A stretch of DNA of 64,000 nt from contig OX597814.1 in the NCBI GenBank assembly GCA_951406725.2, positions 224,130,001 to 224,194,000 on the forward strand, written 5' to 3'. Source of the stretch: Octopus vulgaris (taxonomy: Eukaryota). Within the stretch, counting starts at the first letter, position 1. The number at the start of each line of letters is the position of its first letter. Below the pieces are notes generated by a model. The model did no database searches and was not told the DNA's origin. It saw only the letters and a list, made by a program, of their open reading frames with translations. This document shows, piece by piece, positions 52,820-64,000 of this stretch. A program made the position numbers and the translations under genes.

Positions 52820-53600
52820 TAGGGAATTCGAAGGCCCTTGAACTGAAATAGCATATCTGAAGGACTCATCCAATCAGATATGCTATTTAAGTTCAAGCGT
52901 CTGGAATGTGTGGAACGGAAACGTTTTTTTATCTTGTTACAACTCGTCATATTGTTGGCTGCTATAATATGGGGCATAAGTTTGACAGCTAATTAGGTAC
53001 AATTATTGAGATTTCATGCATCCAAATTTCGTCGTAATAGGTGCTCCTGCTTTCAGTTTTCGGCTGTTTGGAGGGACATCAATCAGCTGAAATGTATTTA
53101 GAAACCCTGAGACCATTGGCAGTGACGTTAACGTCAACAACAATGTAAATCGACTTGTGATCATTTAGATTAGGCCGGTATGTTGAATGATCGCGACATT
53201 TATATAATCTCAATTTTGATTGTAACATAAGCATTGATTAGCATTTCTTGAGTTTCGTGAATGGCTGATCTACAACGTCTTTTAGCATTTTGTTAGTTCC
53301 ACATTCTGCATAAAGTAACAGCAGACTATCGTCTCCAACCGAAGAAAAACTTTTGGAAACTGGGCTGCTGAGATATTTCTAAGAAGTACAATTCTCATGC
53401 TGGTAGCAAGATGAAATTTTTCCACACTCCCTTCTCCAAATACATGTTTCTTTGAGGCATGCTCTTAACTCATTAGATGGAATACTCTACCTAAAATCAT
53501 CGTCTATGACGTTAATGTTGCCTCGGAAAGTTTGTAAAGTACGATCGAAAGCTTTATGCGTAAATCACAAAAAATTTGGATTTGAAATTCTCACTTTTGC
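52820..53600 (-). pseudogene. Helitron PIF1-like helicase relic
   Basis: 'FLNTFQLIDVPP', 'KLKAGAPI', 'LAVKLMPHII', 'PSDMLFQFKGLRIP' match the Helitron helicase motifs LKVGAPIMLLRNL..NGTRL..P.DMPFQFKRLQFP. Confidence 0.7.
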
Positions 53601-53660
53601 TCTTATCTCATAAATTCAGTCTGAACTTGTTTCAGGGCTTCTATCTGTTCAGATGATATG

Positions 53661-53822
53661 GGCACAGGCGTGGCTGTGTAGTAAGAAGCTTGCTTCCCAA
53701 CCACATGGTTCCGGGTTCAATACCGCTGCGTAGCACCTTGAGCAAGTGTCTTCTACTGTAGCCTCAGGCCGAACAAAGCCTTGTGAGTGGATTTGGTAGA
53801 CGGAAACTGAAAGAGGCCCGTC

Positions 53823-53855
<33 letters not shown>

Positions 53856-54060
53856 CGTGTTTAAGTGTGTGTATTTGTGTCTGTATTTGTCCCCCCCCCA
53901 CCTCACCATCACCAGACAACCGATGTAGTTCGGCAAAAGAGTCCGATTGAATAAGCCCCAGGCTTACAAAGGATAAGTCCTAGGGTCTATTTGTTCGACT
54001 AAAGGCGGCACCCTAGCATGGCCGCAGGCAAATAACTAAAACAAGTAAAAGAGTAAAATA
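53661..54060 (+). mobile_element. SINE family 1 copy
   Basis: Colinear with 2672-3087. Confidence 0.85.
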
Positions 54061-54075
54061 ATATTACATACAGGA

Positions 54076-54695
54076 AGGCGGCGAGCTGGCAGAATCGTTA
54101 GCACGTCGGGCGAAATGCTTTGCGGTGTTTCGGCTGCCGTTACGTTGTGAGTTCAAATCCCGCCGAGGTCGACTTTGCCTTTCATCCTTTCGGGGTCGAT
54201 TGAATTAGTACCAGTTACGCACTGGGGTCAATATAATCGACTTAATCCGTTTGTCTGTCCTTGTTTGTCCTCTCTGTGTTTAGCCTCTTGTGGGTAGTAA
54301 AGAAATAGATATTTCGTCTGCCGTTACGTAGTGAGTTCAAATTCCGCCGAGGTCGACTTTGCCGTTCATCCTTTCGGGGTGGATAAATTAAGTACCAGTT
54401 ACGCACTGAGATCGATGTAATCTACTTAAATCCCCTTGTCTGTCCTTGTTTGTCCCCTCTATGTTTAGCCCCTTGTGGGCAATAAAGAAATAAGAAACGT
54501 TAGCACGCCGGGCGAAATACTTTGCGGTATTTCGTCTGTCTTTATGTTCTGAGTTCAAATTCCGGCGAGGTCGACTTTGCCTTTCATCCCTTTCAGGGTC
54601 GATAAATTAAGTACTAGTTGCGTACTGGGGTCGATCTAATCGACTGGTCCCCTCCCCCAAAATTGCGGGTCTTGTGCCTAGAGTAGAAAAGAATA
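54076..54695 (+). mobile_element. SINE family 2 trimer
   Basis: One full head plus three B-box/Meta-like bodies at ~54150, 54333 and 54551. Confidence 0.85.
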
Positions 54696-54849
54696 ACATT
54701 AAATACAGGAAAATCATTGTGTGTAAGATTGAATGGCAGCTTAAAAGCAGAATTAGCCATCCTGCTATCTGTGAACAAAACTGAAGCAAGTTTAGATAAA
54801 ACTACTACAATAGCAATTTGCTTGAGCGAACGCACTATTTTGGCAAAAT

Positions 54850-55266
54850 TAATTTGAACAAAAGTATTTCATCTGCTCTAACAGAAGTATCAATGAAAAC
54901 AGAATGAAACGTCAACAGAATCAAATATCACCAATTATATGATCCTTCGATAGTATTTTGTCATCTGGGACTATTGTATTATAGGTTTGGCAGCTGATGA
55001 CGGGATTGCATATTTGTTATGTTCGTTTGTGGATTTTTATATTTTAGTATCGTTAATTTGAGTTCTCCTTCATTCTTAGGAAAGTGGAAAATGTTTGTGG
55101 ATTTATAGTTTATGGAGATTACTTAGATTGATATTGGTTGTTGCTTTTTATATATATATATTTTTTTTGGATCGATGTTAAGCCTTCCGCCTTGTTTACG
55201 TTTTAGGTATAGGCGGTCTACATCACTGTTTATGTGGAAATTATGTGTGCTTGTTAGTATTTTCGG
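54850..55266 (-). pseudogene. R4/Dong-like RT thumb-region fragment
   Basis: 'KILTSTHNFHINSDVDRLYLKRKQGGR'. Confidence 0.65.
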
Positions 55267-55290
55267 GTTTTTTATGTATGTATGTACGTA

Positions 55291-55513
55291 CACCAAGGGG
55301 TGCTGAAAAGTTTCTGATTTTAAGGGTATTGCACAAAAAGGCCTGGTAGGAAGCCCAACCTTTCGAGTTCTCTTACAGGGCTTAGAAAAATTGAAGGACC
55401 GCTGCAATATGTGTGTGAATCAGAGAAAGGAATATATTGAGTAAAACCATAATTAACTGATTCTCCTGCATATTCTTTTATTCAAAGCCAGGAATATTTC
55501 GGCCCCCCTCAAA
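55291..55513 (+). mobile_element. mariner-derived MITE
   Basis: Imperfect TIRs AGGGGTGCTGAAAAGTTTCTGATTT / AAAGCCAGGAATATTTCGGCCCCCCT with TA flanks; internal 'GLEKLKDRCNMCV...EYIE*' resembles a mariner transposase C-terminus. Confidence 0.7.
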
Positions 55514-55676
55514 TATCGGTGAATCTTGAAGCAAATGAAGCAATAAATAATAGCGTATAAATATCGGATTAAAAACCTTTTGGATAGAAGGGTGGGACGT
55601 AAACAAACCAACGCAATCGTCAAGCGGTGGTAAAAGACAAACACACACAGAAACATGCAAACGCATACACACACCC

Positions 55677-55726
<50 letters not shown>

Positions 55727-55867
55727 ATACACACACACACACATACACACGCAATATGATAAATATCGGTGTTAAGAAAGTTAGTCAAGTTCAGATCAGA
55801 GAAGCAATGGATTGAAACCTCAACTTCCGAATAAGTCAATAAACTCTTCGAGATGTATCCAGTACTT

Positions 55868-55898
<31 letters not shown>

Positions 55899-55909
55899 AC
55901 AGACACACA

Positions 55910-55946
<37 letters not shown>

Positions 55947-56046
55947 GTATGTGTGTGTATTACGTTATATGTATATACAATTTCTTAATGTGAAAAAAGG
56001 GTTACAATCACACCCGTATAACGATAGATGAACGTGAATTTGTGTA

Positions 56047-56094
<48 letters not shown>

Positions 56095-56721
56095 TTCCGT
56101 GTACGTACGAGCGTGTAATCTTTATTTTCTAGCTTGTATATAAATATTTATGTTTGTGACATATCTTTCACAGAAAAGGCATTTACAAATGTCTCTGGCG
56201 CCTGAAATACACACCACCCAACCATACCAACCACCCTAGAGTAATGTAGCTTTAACACGCCGATTAGAGTTTAGCTCCTTACACTATCAACAGCTGATAG
56301 ATAAAATACTAGAGCGGTTAACCGCGTTCATTGAATACTTAGCTACGATCACGTCCGAAATAAATGCCATACATTTGTGATAGTGTTTAAGTTTGTTTCT
56401 TAATTGTTTCATTAGCACAAACTGTGTTTGGACATGACCGCAGTATGTTAATTTTATAAATGAAATCTGAAGAAATTTAATGCAAAGCTATTTATTGTTA
56501 TGAATCTGTTATTGTTAAGGAACGGCTCTGATGGTCAGCTGAACTTGATCTCTCGATGTTACAGCTTTTGATGTTGCTTAGCCCCCAGGTGAGTACTGAT
56601 GGAGCCGGCCTATATAATCTAAGGAATCTCCAGTCAGGACCAACTAATCTGTTCATATATTAGGATTTACAGCTACAAATGTATTTCCAACGTTTTCCTT
56701 TTTTTTCTTCTTTCTTTCAAT

Positions 56722-56932
56722 GCGGCGAGCTGGCCGAGTCGTTAGCACGCCGGACAAAATGCTTAGAGGTATTTCATCCCTCTTCACGTTCTGAGTTCAA
56801 ATTCCGTCGAGGTCGATTTTACTTTCATCTTTACGCGATGGATGAGGCAAATACCAGATGAGCACTAGGATCGATGTGACTGACTAACTCCTCCAGCAAA
56901 ATTTCAGGCCTTGTGCGTATAGTAGAAAGGAA
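56722..56932 (+). mobile_element. SINE family 2 copy (diverged)
   Basis: GCGGCGAGCTGGCCGAGTCGTTAGC head; tail GGCCTTGTGCGTATAGTAGAAAGG. Confidence 0.75.
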
Positions 56933-57109
56933 TTAGGACACTAGAGTGTGACTTGAGAGCGATTATAATGCTGTTGGTAGCTGAATTGGTCCAGATGTAG
57001 CAGGTCAAGTAAATTTTCAATCGTTGTTTTTAGTCTTTGTTATCCTGCTTTCATTGTGGTCCATGGCACCTCAGCCTTTAAGAATGAAAATACGTGGATC
57101 TGCTGGTTA

Positions 57110-59307
57110 AACTGTGCAACAAATTTCAGGTTTTAAAAAAAGTACAAGTTAAGTAAGAATTGTTTCTGGGTCGAAAAATTGTCCTGATTCTGATTCTGAC
57201 CTTTATTTCTCCAGATTAGGAACCGTTTTCCTGTACCATGTATAATATACTGTATAATATACTGCATAATATTGCGTATTGAACACAACATTGCAAATAC
57301 TGAAAGTTACAAACAACAAAACAAAAATTTAGTTGGTATAACAAAACATATATTGGTTATGAATTAAAAACACACCTGTCTGTTTAAACAACTTTTGTCC
57401 TTCTAAGCCTCTTGTGCGGAGTGTGATCTTTTTTTATACCTCAGCAGTAGTCTATCAACATGCCAGGGTTCCATTTTCCTTTGAATCGTCACGCCATCAC
57501 TGAAATATCCTGATAGAATCTTTCGCCATGTTCATCACTCACATCACCAAGATTTTCCGCAAAAAATTCCAAATGAGAGTGAAGCACATGACCTTTTAGA
57601 GACATGTTACATCCCATATCATGATAATGACTCAGTAGATCATTCACAATTCGCACATAGTCTTCTGGAACGATGGTTGCCCAGGAAGTTATCGCAAACT
57701 TTCTTGAATGACTCAAAGGCAAGCTTCTCTTTTCTCTTGAGATGTGTGATGAAGGTTTCATCAAGTATAATTTTTCGAATTTGGGAACCTATGAAGAAAC
57801 CTTCTTTAATTTTAGCTTGACTCAGGGAAGGGAACTTTTCTGCAAGATATGCAAATGCGGAGGATTCCTCGTCCAAGGCTTTCACAAATTGCTTAAAAAA
57901 ACCAAGTTTGATATGCAAAAGTGGTAAATAAATTCTATCACTTTTCACAAGTGATTTGTGCATGATGTTGTGTCTTCCTTGCTCAATTTCATCTCAGATC
58001 GGCCAATCCTTGCGTACATAATGTACAGCTCTTGCTCTGAATTTGCATAAGCACAGGAAGAAGCAAAATTTAGTATAGCCAAGCTGAAGGCCAGTAACCT
58101 TAAAATCTGCACAAATATGCCAGGTATGGTCATCATGCTTGTTAGAATTGCTTTCAGATTTTTATATGTTTCTTTCATGGTTGTGCTATAAGCTATGGGA
58201 ACAGAAGGCAGAGTGTTACCATTGTATAGCAGAACAGCTTTGATGCTGTCCTTGGATGCATCTATGAAAAGTCGCCCGTTGGTTTTATCCTATGGTATTT
58301 CCAATTGCTCAAACATTTCAGTGATGTCATTACAAAAGCAAAAGTCATCCTTCATGGCGAATAATGCAAGCAGATCCTCTGTACGTTTTCTGTACAGTGT
58401 TATCTTCACTCCTTTCTCAAGAAGATTACGTTCTTGAAGCCTTGATGCCAGAAACTCACTTTTCTCTTTGGTTAAATAGAGATCCCTGCAGAAGTCATTT
58501 AGAACCTCTTGAGAAAATGGTATTGGTTTATTCTCACTTTCTGGATCATTGGGCTCTACACATTCACCACTGGAATGTTCATCTGCACTGCTGGAACTCT
58601 GCATTTCTTGACCTGGAGGTTTGGGCACAGATAAATTTTCTAAGTACTCTACTGAGTGCATTGCTGATTGCAAATTTGGGTAAACAATGTGTTTCTTTTT
58701 CTTTGCTGTAGTACAGCCTGTAAAGTCATGGTGACAGAAATAGTAATCCCTAGAATGATCTTTCTGCTCACGCCAAATCAATGGCACACCAAACTTCATG
58801 TGAACATTTTTTCCTGCATCCCAGGCACTCAATGTCTTCACACATGTAAGGCAACACACATGAGGAGTCCATGACTTATCCTGGTCTCCTAAGTAACAAT
58901 CGAAGTACGCCTTGTATATTTTCTTGATATGGCCTGTAATACTGCGCTTTTATTTAGCATAGGTCAATTCCCCACAGATATAACAGAATCTGTTTGGATT
59001 ATTTTTGAACTGTCTTGCACTCTATCTTGAAAACAAATAAGATCTGAAAGATAAAAAAATAACATTAAACGCAAGCTTTGAATCACATTGTAGGTGTTAC
59101 TAAGATTGGTCTCTAGCCCTGGATTGAAGCCCATTTTACAATGCGGTAAAGAAATTTATTTAATAATAGTGACAAAAAGAGTATACAGTGACAATTCTGT
59201 AGAAACCGTGCCTAATTCAACAAAAAGGTCAGAAATGGATTTCCCATGGCATTTTGCATATAAAAATGGCCACAGATCTTCTGTGCTTTTTTTAATGTTG
59301 CACAGTG
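57110..59307 (-). mobile_element. Full-length decayed Chapaev3-like (CMC) DNA transposon
   Basis: TIRs (a)ACTGTGCAACA / TGTTGCACAGTG, subterminal inverted TTCTGACCTTT...ATTAGG, and TTA target duplication at 57107-57109 and 59308-59310. Confidence 0.8.
57400..59022 (-). pseudogene. Chapaev3-like transposase pseudogene
   Basis: 'FCYICGE', 'LGDQDKS', 'MKFGVPLIWREQKDH', 'LASRLQERNLL', 'LPLLHIKLG..KQFVKAL', 'KIKEGFFIGSQIR', 'NMSLKGHVLHSHL.FF.ENLGDVSDEHGERFYQDI'. Several stops and frameshifts. Confidence 0.85.
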
Positions 59308-60049
59308 TTATAGAATATTTACTTGCTACTGGAATGACAGCCTGCTAAGTGTGTTCCTCCACTGATCTGTAATACACTGATTTTGTTGATATTCCTACAT
59401 TCCTTCTCGGTTCCCATTTATCTCCTTAACTATCCTCAATCCCTTGCCAATGAAAGAGTTCCTGTGCAGTCGCTCCATTTGTACGAAGCAGTAAACAAAG
59501 CTTCCTCGACTTATACCATACCATCTTTAATGAAGAAAAAAAAAAGAGGGCAAGTTCTGAATACATATGGAAAGAAATGCCTACTTTTCTATCATTCTCC
59601 CTAACTTAAAACACCTTGCCCCAAAAGATGAACGATGTACAGTCTAAGACGCGAAATGCTTGTGAGCCTGTGATAAGGGTTTATAACACTACGGTGGATT
59701 TAGTCACTTTCGGAAGAGCTTGCGACATCCTGAAGTAGTTCCAGCAGTTTCTACTAGAGGTAAAGCATCTCTGATATTCATTTCACCAGTAATCTTTTAA
59801 ATCAGCCAGCTCATATGAAGATAAGAAATCGAAAATTTAGGACAAAGAAAGGAGAAGGAACGGAAAGAGGAAAATGGGGAGAGAATGGATTAAACGCAAT
59901 TTTGTTCAAGGAGAGAAGATTTCTCTTTTAACAATCTGCAAAAGTGCAAACCATAGCAACCACATTCATCTGGATTTCTTGGAGAACTTTTAAGGAACAT
60001 AACTGATTCTTCCCCAGCCATGATGTATTTATCTTTTTCTATCCTTTTA

Positions 60050-60344
60050 TCATTTACTTGTTTCAGTCATTAGACTACGGAAATACTCGGGAACGCCTAG
60101 AAGGGTTCAGTCGAACAAAATGATCCCAGTACGTTCATTTAAGTCTGGTATTTATTTCTCGGTGTCGGATTGCCGAACTGCTATGTTACGAGGACGTAAA
60201 CAAATCAGTGCCGGCTGTCAATCGGTGGTGAGGGTTTAGTCCCACTGCATGGCAACTTGGGCAAGTGTCTTCTACTATAGCCTCGGGCCGACCAAAGCCT
60301 TGTGAGTGGATTTGGTAGACGGAAACTGAAAGAAGCCCGTCGTA

Positions 60345-60402
<58 letters not shown>

Positions 60403-60632
60403 TATGTGTATATGTGTATATGTTTGTGTGTCTGTGTTTGTCCCCCATTATCGCTTGACAACCGATGCTGGTGTGTTTACGTCCCCGTAACTTAGCGGTT
60501 CGGCAAAAGTGATCGATAGAATAAGTACTAGGCTTCCAAAGAATAAGCCCTAGGGTCGATTTGCTTCACTAAAGGCAGTGCTCCAGCATGGCCGCAGTCA
60601 AATGACTGAAACAAGTAAAAGAGTAAAGAGTA
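60050..60632. mobile_element. Two SINE family 1 pieces (old minus tail 60050-60230; younger plus copy 60231-60632)
   Basis: Homology to 2672-3087. Confidence 0.8.
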
Positions 60633-61419
60633 ATACTTATTTTATTTATATACCCAGGAAGGTGAAAGGAAAGGTCGACATTACCAGGTTTTGAATTCAC
60701 AGTGTAAATGAAAGACAGCAAATAAATACAGGAAGTATTTTGTTTGTAGCGCACATCAGTGATATCCTCGCTGTTTGAGAGACATCATACCATTAATGTC
60801 GTGGCAGATAGCAGCTATCCTTCGGTTGTTTAGGCCAAGTTGTGTCCGCTACTCTGATTGGTTGGTTCTGGTGCCACTACAAGCTTTATCTTCTCGTGCT
60901 CCGCACTCAAGGGGAGGTCTTGTAGTGACGGCAGGTTTCAGACGCCACTTTGGGATGTTCATCTGCGCATGTTGTTCTAGTGATTATACCACTCGACACT
61001 CCCGATAGAAAGCCACTTGTATCCGGTATTGATAAAATAATTGCCAGTAAAACATCAGGGTTCATTCAACAATAAGGAACAATGGGAACTGACACAGTGG
61101 ATTTATATTATGGTCAAATTGTTATTTTGGCTTTATAACTAAATGACGACAGAAAATAAATAATTAGCATATACAATAGCATACTATGATTAGAATAATT
61201 GTGGTTAACATTTCATGGAAGTTTGTACGTGTGTATGTGCGTGTGTGTGTGTTTGTTTGTGAGTGTGTGTTTGTGTGTGTGTGTGTGTGTGCGCGAGTGT
61301 GCGTGCGCGTCCGTGTACGCGCGCGTAATATGCACAATAATCTTCTACATATACAAATACGTACATTACACACGTACGTACATATACATACACATATATA
61401 AATATGTATATGCATTAAA

Positions 61420-61524
<105 letters not shown>

Positions 61525-61620
61525 TCTATATACATACATACATACATACATACATACATAAATACATACATACATACATACATACATACATACATACATA
61601 CATACATACATACATACATA

Positions 61621-62170
61621 CGATGTCTCCGCACCATCCTCAACATTCACTGGAGTGACTTCGTCACAATCATTGAAGTCTTGGAGCGGGCCGAGATCCC
61701 CAGCATTGAAGCCACGCTACTGAAGTCCCACCTCCGATGCGCAGGGCATGTCTCCAGAATGGAGAACCATCGCCTTCCAAAGATTGCTCTGTTTGGCTAA
61801 CTCTCCACCGGCCACCGAGTGAGAGGAGCTCCGAGGAAGCGCTACAAAGACTACCCCAAGAACTCTCTCAAGAACAGCATGTCATATTAACCACCAATGC
61901 TGGTCAGACCTGGCTGCGGACAGTGATGTCTGGCGTCACACGATCTTCAACGCAGTCAGCAAGTTTGAGGAACAAAGAAGAGACGCACTTAAAGACAAGA
62001 GACACAGGAGGAAGGCGCGAGCCGCCTCTGACACCACACCAGATGCTACCTTCGTCTGTGGACACTGCACACGGACCTGCCTTTCCCATATCGGACTTGT
62101 CAGTCATGAGCGTGCATGCACGCGACGTGGACAGCCTTCCTGATCTTCTTTCGCGAAGCCGAGCCATGAC
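61621..62170 (+). pseudogene. RTE-clade LINE 3' fragment inserted in (TACA)n
   Basis: 'RCLRTILNIHWSDFVT..EVLERAEIPSIE', 'AGHVSRMENHRLPKI', 'RGAPRKRYKD', and a C-terminal C2H2-like 'FVCGHCTRTCLSHIGLVSHERAC'. Confidence 0.88.
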
Positions 62171-62629
62171 ATACATACATACATACATACATACATACAT
62201 ACATACATACATACATACATACATACATACATACATACATACACACACAGACACATGAAAATATAAATATTATTAAAATAGTAATATTATTATCCAACAA
62301 AAAATAAACCAGAATATATAAAGCCGTGGTACATGAAGCATAATTATTGCTAGAAATAGCAGCCGGTAAGCTTTCGACGCTATTTTTTTCACCGAACTCG
62401 GTTCTAATTATCACTGAATAAACAGGCAGAAATATAGTGGACCAGATTATGACCCGTCGTTGCCAGGTCATAGTGCTAGTGCATGTATATATGTATATAT
62501 ATATATATATATGTGTACATATTACATGTACATCTATATATATACATCTACACATAAAATACAAAATACAAAGTTATATCTTGATATCGCTAGTGATAAC
62601 AATACCCAAAATATATAACAGACTGACAT

Positions 62630-63330
62630 TGTAGGCCCGTCTCTTGCAATTTCGATCAATTGTATCTTGTCCTCCCTCTTGTATAGAAATGTGGCTACAA
62701 TCCAGCCTACCTCTACTTCTGGGGGGACATTTTAAATTTTTATCCGGGACGTCCTACGTCCCAGATATAAAGGTAAAAATAAAATATTTCCATTTTGCAA
62801 GGTTCAAGTCGAGTACTCCCTTGCACGCTCTGTTGACTCGAAACTTGCTTCTATTGTGGCGAATTTACCGCCTCTGGTTAGATATCTTTCATAGCCGCAC
62901 CAAGAAACTTTTCGATGGTGCTTTCCTCCAGGTGTTCAAAATTTTTTTTCTCTACATTGTATACTTTATAGACAGTAGTATTTTCTTTAATTTAATTTTT
63001 TATTTCGTTTGGTGGTGTTATCCTAGATTCACCGTCTTTGTCGGTGATCAATCCGAAATAGGTTTGTATTTCTTCCATTTTAATTTTAATGAGTTCGCAC
63101 CCGCCGACGGCTGCAGCGAAATTCATTTTTGGACTTTCTTCTATCGAAGGCATTTTAACAAAGATGCTTCCGTATAAACAGTGAAAATATTGTCAATTTC
63201 CCCAAACAGGGACACAATTCAATTTTTAAACAATAACCAAAGCTCCTTCTCCCAAAGAGGGAGGGTTACAATTTACAATTATTTAACAAATGCAACACAA
63301 CAACGTTTCTCTTACGAAGAACCAACAAAC
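62630..63330 (-). pseudogene. L1/Tx1-like LINE 5' end with ORF1 fragment
   Basis: 'MPSIEESPKMNFAAAV...', 'RGGKFATIEASFE', 'FLPLYLGRRTSRIKI.NVPPEVEVGWIVA'. Confidence 0.5.
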
Positions 63331-63824
63331 TTGATAACAGTAATAGTGAAACAGTAATAGTAATAACAACAAACCTTACGGTGAATCAAAAAGCAGTACG
63401 CAGTTGAAGCTATAGTCCTTTATGTATAAGAAATAAACCAACAGCAGTACTCAATAGAAGCGAGACTTCATATAGATACTTAATGCTAGCTAATTAGCAG
63501 ATAATCTAATCTAAAAGCCGTGGTAAACGGTATGTGCACAGCTCCATCTGGACTATTCCATTTCTGCACACCAATTTTATTTTTAATTTATTCGCATTCA
63601 TGTGAAAGCACTTATTCAAGTTCAAGTCATTGATGCAATTTTATGCCAATTGCTATTTTTACTTTTGTTATGTTACGATTATATTATAGTTTAGTTTGAT
63701 TTTAATTATTACTTACTACATATAATTCAATTGTTATTATCTCTAATTCTTATTGTTAAAGTGAAAGTATCTGACATAAAATAGAGAAATGTTTTTGTTT
63801 CACTTTTAACACGTAATACTGAAA

Positions 63825-64000
63825 TAGTGGAGAAGATATGATATTGCTATGGGCTCGCCCTAGGCAAGAAGTTGAACATTTTTTTACCATGAAAGTACAT
63901 GGACCCTAAGTAAGGCATGTGTAAAATTTGAATAAAATTGGTTGTGTAGTTCTCAAGTTTTAGGGAATCGTAGTGGAGAAGATATGATATTGCTGTGGAT
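63825..64000. repeat. Start of a ~146-bp-period tandem repeat (possibly Helitron-associated)
   Basis: TAGTGGAGAAGATATGATATTGCT at 63825 and 63971; the window ends within the second unit. Confidence 0.55.

Noticed and set aside
62644-63177. 177-aa plus-strand hydrophobic ORF
   Set aside because: Antisense to an A-rich LINE ORF1 relic.

Overview
This is an AT-rich, microsatellite-saturated, non-coding animal sequence. The repeat repertoire looks like an octopus/coleoid cephalopod intron or intergenic region; that is an inference from the SINE families. No host exon could be supported, and almost all listed ORFs are microsatellite or SINE translations. The window is a mosaic of tRNA-derived SINEs, LINE fragments (R4/Dong-like with restriction-like endonuclease, CR1, RTE, L1/Tx1-like, Jockey-like), a full-length decayed Chapaev3-like DNA transposon, mariner/MITE relics and a Helitron helicase relic. 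The main unexplained signal is six near-perfect inverted repeats from five sequence-unrelated families (190-450 bp, arms up to 224 bp). All sit in (TA)n tracts and carry a type I hammerhead ribozyme motif in their arms, so the core is present on both strands. Four further solo or degenerate hammerhead-like motifs occur elsewhere. These look like non-autonomous Penelope-like (PLE) pLTR fold-back elements. Also notable are a 555-bp non-coding (AAT)n-associated retroelement that shares a 3' hairpin architecture with the R4/Dong 3' UTRs, and a SINE/LINE pair with a covarying 3' tail. All folds and alignments were done by eye; repeat boundaries are approximate unless stated.
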